The notes under the pieces are model-generated. The model searched no databases. It was given only the letters and a program-made list of their open reading frames with translations, and was not told the origin of the DNA. Positions 42,062 through 44,638 of a DNA stretch of 44,638 nucleotides are shown piece by piece. Numbering within the stretch: the stretch's first letter is position 1; every line of letters starts with the position of its first letter. Made by a program: the position numbers and the translations under genes. Origin of the DNA: an uncultured Clostridia bacterium (GTDB taxonomy: Bacteria; Acidobacteriota; Aminicenantia; UBA2199); contig CAZTNO010000001.1 in NCBI GenBank assembly GCA_964614865.1, positions 1 to 44,638 of the forward strand, in the 5' to 3' direction.

Positions 42062-43453
42062 ATGCGCAAACTCAAGGACCGCCTGGCCGAGGCCATCCCC
42101 GTCCGCCCGCAGGCTCCCGCCAATGATCCCCCCCCCGCCGCTACTCCTCCCGAAAAGGAGGCCCCGGAGCCGGGCGCACGCCCCGGATCGACCCGCGAGC
42201 GGCTGCAAAAGTTGGTCGAAAGACAGCTGAAGAACCGCCCCCCGGTGGTGCCCACGGCTCCCGTTTCCGCCCCGGCGCCGCGGCCACCTTTTGCCCCCGA
42301 TTCCCCCAGTCTGCCGACAAAACGGGACCTCCCTCGTGGGCAGCGGAGCGGTGGCGAACCGTTCGTGGTCAGCGATTTCACCTACGACCTGTCCGCCCGC
42401 TATGGCGCCGTCTGCCTGCGCGAGTGGCAGCAGGTCAGCCCGCTGGGGCTGGCGAAAATCGCCGGCGATGACCGCTTCGCCCTGCCCGCGGAGCGCCTGG
42501 TCTTCTTCGACACCGAGACCACCGGCCTCTCCGGGGGCACCGGTACCATCCCGTTCATGCTCGGCTTCGGCTTTCTCGACGGCGCGGTGTTTTCGGCCAA
42601 GGTCTTCACCCTCAAGGAACTGGACCACGAGGAGGAGATGCTGGCCGCGGTAGGCGAATTCCTGGCCGCCCACGACTTCGCCGCCACCGTCACCTACAAC
42701 GGCCGCTCGTTCGATTTCCCGTTGATGGAGAGCCGCTCCATCCTGATGCGAAGGCCGTTTCCGTTGCTGTCGCGGCCGCATCTCGATTTTCTGTTTCCCG
42801 CCCGGTTGATCTGGCGCCACACCTACGAGTCGCGCAGCCTGGGCTACCTCGGCGAGCGATTGCTGGGGCTCTCCCGAAGCGAGGATATCGACGGCGCCGA
42901 GGTGCCGGTGCTGTTCAACAGCTTTTTGCGCAGCGGCCTCTTCTCGCTGATCGAGCCGGTGATCGAGCACAACGCGCTCGATTTGCTCGGGCTGGCGGCG
43001 CTGCTGCTGCTGGCCGTGCGCTACCTCGACGATTTCTCGCTGACCCGCGACGAGGGGGAAATCCTCGGCCTTGGCACTTTGCATGAGCGCAACGGCGCCG
43101 AAACCGAGGCCGAAGCGCTGTACCGCACGGTGCGCGAGAGCGGGGGGAGGAACGAGGTGGTGGCCCGGGCGGTGAAACGGCTGGCCCTGATGGCCAAGCG
43201 GCGCAAGCTGTTCGAGGATGCCCAGGAGCTGTGGCATGCCCTGGCGGCCTGCGGTGATCCCGGGGCCTGGCGCGAGCTCTCGATTCACCTGGAGCACCGC
43301 CAGGGGCGGGTGGGGGAGGCATTGGCGATGGTCGAGCAGGCTCTGGGGAAGAGCGACCTGCCAGGCCCCGTCCGCGCCGATCTGGAAAAGAGGCTGGTCC
43401 GCCTGCAGCGCAAGGCGGGCAAATTGGATTCCGGCGAGGGGAGCGATTCCTGA
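42062..43453 (+). CDS. RNase H-like (YprB/DEDDh-type) exonuclease domain protein with a Pro-rich N-terminus and a TPR-like C-terminus
   Basis: LVFFDTETTGL (Exo I), YNGRSFDFPLM (Exo II) and IEHNALDLLGL (H-x4-D, Exo III). The C-terminal helical repeats are Ala/Leu/Glu-rich. Confidence 0.65.
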   Translation: MRKLKDRLAEAIPVRPQAPANDPPPAATPPEKEAPEPGARPGSTRERLQKLVERQLKNRPPVVPTAPVSAPAPRPPFAPDSPSLPTKRDLPRGQRSGGEPFVVSDFTYDLSARYGAVCLREWQQVSPLGLAKIAGDDRFALPAERLVFFDTETTGLSGGTGTIPFMLGFGFLDGAVFSAKVFTLKELDHEEEMLAAVGEFLAAHDFAATVTYNGRSFDFPLMESRSILMRRPFPLLSRPHLDFLFPARLIWRHTYESRSLGYLGERLLGLSRSEDIDGAEVPVLFNSFLRSGLFSLIEPVIEHNALDLLGLAALLLLAVRYLDDFSLTRDEGEILGLGTLHERNGAETEAEALYRTVRESGGRNEVVARAVKRLALMAKRRKLFEDAQELWHALAACGDPGAWRELSIHLEHRQGRVGEALAMVEQALGKSDLPGPVRADLEKRLVRLQRKAGKLDSGEGSDS

Positions 43454-43458
43454 TCGGA

Positions 43459-43487
43459 TGGAAATTTGCCCCGGGTAGCGGTACAAT
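43459..43487 (+). promoter_or_regulatory. Promoter candidate for nrfHA
   Basis: TGGAAA (43459-43464), 17 nt spacer, TACAAT (43482-43487). Only 10 nt to ATG 43498. Confidence 0.35.
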
Positions 43488-43497
43488 ATAGGCAACC

Positions 43498-44133
43498 ATG
43501 GCCAAAACCGATCGATCGCTCCTTTCACTTCTCGTTCAGCTGGTGCGCTGGTTTTTCCCTCCCCCGGCCTGGCGGCTACCGGTTGTATTGCTGATCGCGG
43601 TTTTTGCCGGTCTGGGCGCCGCGGTGGTGCACATGGCCCGGGCGCCATCCTATCTCTCCGATCGTCCCGAAACCTGTCTGAATTGCCACGTCATGCGTCC
43701 GGCCTACGCCACCTGGCGGGCCAGCGCCCACGGTCGCGACACCACCTGCAACGACTGCCACGTCCCCCACGATTCGGTGCTGCGCAAGTTCGCCTTCAAG
43801 GCCACCGACGGCCTCCGCCACTCCTGGGTGTTCACCTGGAGGCTGGAGCCGCAGACGCTGCAGATCCGCGCAGCGGGGCGTCAGGTGGTCCAGGAAAACT
43901 GCGTGCGCTGCCACCAGTCGCGGGTGACGCCGATCGCCGTGCGCGGCGGCCGCTCGATGAACTCGCTGACCACGGGGGGGCGCGTCTGCTGGGACTGCCA
44001 TCGCGAAACTCCCCACGGCCGGGCGGTGAGCCTGGCCATGACGCCGAACGCGCGGCTACCCGGTTTGCCGCCGTTGCTCCCCGTTTCCCGCGAGCCCGGG
44101 CCCGTCCGAAAACCGATGTCCACCAGGAGATAA
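43498..44133 (+). CDS. nrfH: Cytochrome c nitrite reductase small subunit NrfH (tetraheme NapC/NirT family)
   Basis: N-terminal TM helix plus four CxxCH motifs: CLNCH, CNDCH, CVRCH and CWDCH. Confidence 0.85.
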   Translation: MAKTDRSLLSLLVQLVRWFFPPPAWRLPVVLLIAVFAGLGAAVVHMARAPSYLSDRPETCLNCHVMRPAYATWRASAHGRDTTCNDCHVPHDSVLRKFAFKATDGLRHSWVFTWRLEPQTLQIRAAGRQVVQENCVRCHQSRVTPIAVRGGRSMNSLTTGGRVCWDCHRETPHGRAVSLAMTPNARLPGLPPLLPVSREPGPVRKPMSTRR

Positions 44134-44135
44134 CC

Positions 44136-44638
44136 ATGATCCCCATCGTCGACCAGATCCGCAAGAAACCATGGCTGGCCTGGCTGCTGTTTTTCGTCAC
44201 TGCCGCGGCGGTATTCCTGCTCGGTCTGTTCGCCGCCTCGATCGTCGAGCGCCGCAGCGAGTCGGTGTTGACCCTGCAGCTGGCCCGTCCGCTGCCCGCA
44301 TTCGAGCCCCGCGCCGAAGTCTGGGGCGAGAGTTTCCCCCGCCAGTTCGAGAGCTTCCGCAAGACATCGGAAACCGGGTTTGCCTCCAAACACGGCGGCT
44401 CGGTGGCCATCGATCTGCTGGCCCGCGACCCGTTGCTGGTGCCGCTGTGGGCCGGTTACGCTTTCAGCAAGGATTATTCGCAGGCCCGGGGCCACGCCCA
44501 TGACCTGGACGACATCCGCGCCACCCTGCGCACCGTGCAGCCCCAGCCCGCCACCTGCTGGACCTGCAAGAGCCCCGACGTGCCGCGCCTGATCGACCAA
44601 ATCGGCGCCGCCGAATTCTACCGTCGCATATGGGTCGA
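44136..44638 (+). CDS. nrfA: Ammonia-forming cytochrome c nitrite reductase NrfA, 5' part (runs off the window)
   Basis: Translated by hand because it is absent from the ORF track (no stop in the window): MIPIVDQIRKKPWLAWLLFF...WAGYAFSKDYSQARGHAH...TCWTCKSPDVPRL. It includes the CxxCK active-site heme motif (44556-44570). Confidence 0.85.
   Translation, partial: MIPIVDQIRKKPWLAWLLFFVTAAAVFLLGLFAASIVERRSESVLTLQLARPLPAFEPRAEVWGESFPRQFESFRKTSETGFASKHGGSVAIDLLARDPLLVPLWAGYAFSKDYSQARGHAHDLDDIRATLRTVQPQPATCWTCKSPDVPRLIDQIGAAEFYRRIWV

Noticed and set aside
41783-43648. A 621-aa minus-strand ORF (and the related 41223-42032 ORF)
   Set aside because: They are antisense to lexA and the exonuclease/TPR gene. 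They have low-complexity R/G/P/A-rich sequence and no motifs. Only the last few codons at 41223-41242 are of interest, as a repeat copy.

Overview
GC-rich chromosomal segment from a diderm bacterium. It carries about 45 tightly packed protein genes, many joined by 4-nt ATGA/GTGA stop-start overlaps. I recognised no rRNA, tRNA, CRISPR array, transposase or integrase.

Housekeeping content:
- queA, rpoZ, thiC, the yebC-ruvC-ruvA-ruvB block, ispG, trxC and lexA.
- A phosphofructokinase with the PPi-type residue signature.
- LPS-heptose genes: gmhB plus a GT9 heptosyltransferase.
- The start of an nrfH-nrfA nitrite reductase operon; nrfA runs off the 3' edge.

Accessory or less ordinary content:
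1. A KamA-family radical-SAM aminomutase operon with two paralogous Ddl-like ATP-grasp ligases. The product is unknown, and this is my best candidate for an undescribed pathway.
2. A DUF39(COG1900)-UPF0280(COG2122)-asd-aspartate kinase operon. It looks like the methanogen-type sulfide-dependent homocysteine route and is preceded by an unclassified, highly structured ~130-nt leader.
3. An IPT/beta-propeller gene with its own promoter, bracketed by a perfect 20-bp direct repeat next to lexA.
4. lexA with a direct-repeat GAAC-N7-GAAC operator, followed by a DEDDh-exonuclease/TPR gene.
5. A cluster of secreted hydrolases: a papain-like protease plus a small beta-barrel protein, an alkaline-phosphatase-family enzyme, and a 1065-aa CBM/Ntn-hydrolase/M1-like protein.
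6. A CDF transporter broken by a frameshift inside a G9 homopolymer.
7. An ECF sigma/anti-sigma/2x LTXXQ envelope-stress module.

Several genes have near-consensus sigma70 -10 boxes only 5-10 nt from the start codon, which suggests frequent leaderless mRNAs.

Many long ORFs in the six-frame track are GC-rich shadow frames antisense to real genes, and I rejected them. The taxonomic guess is low confidence: the alpha-type LexA box, LPS-heptose genes and NrfHA are compatible with Acidobacteriota or a related group.
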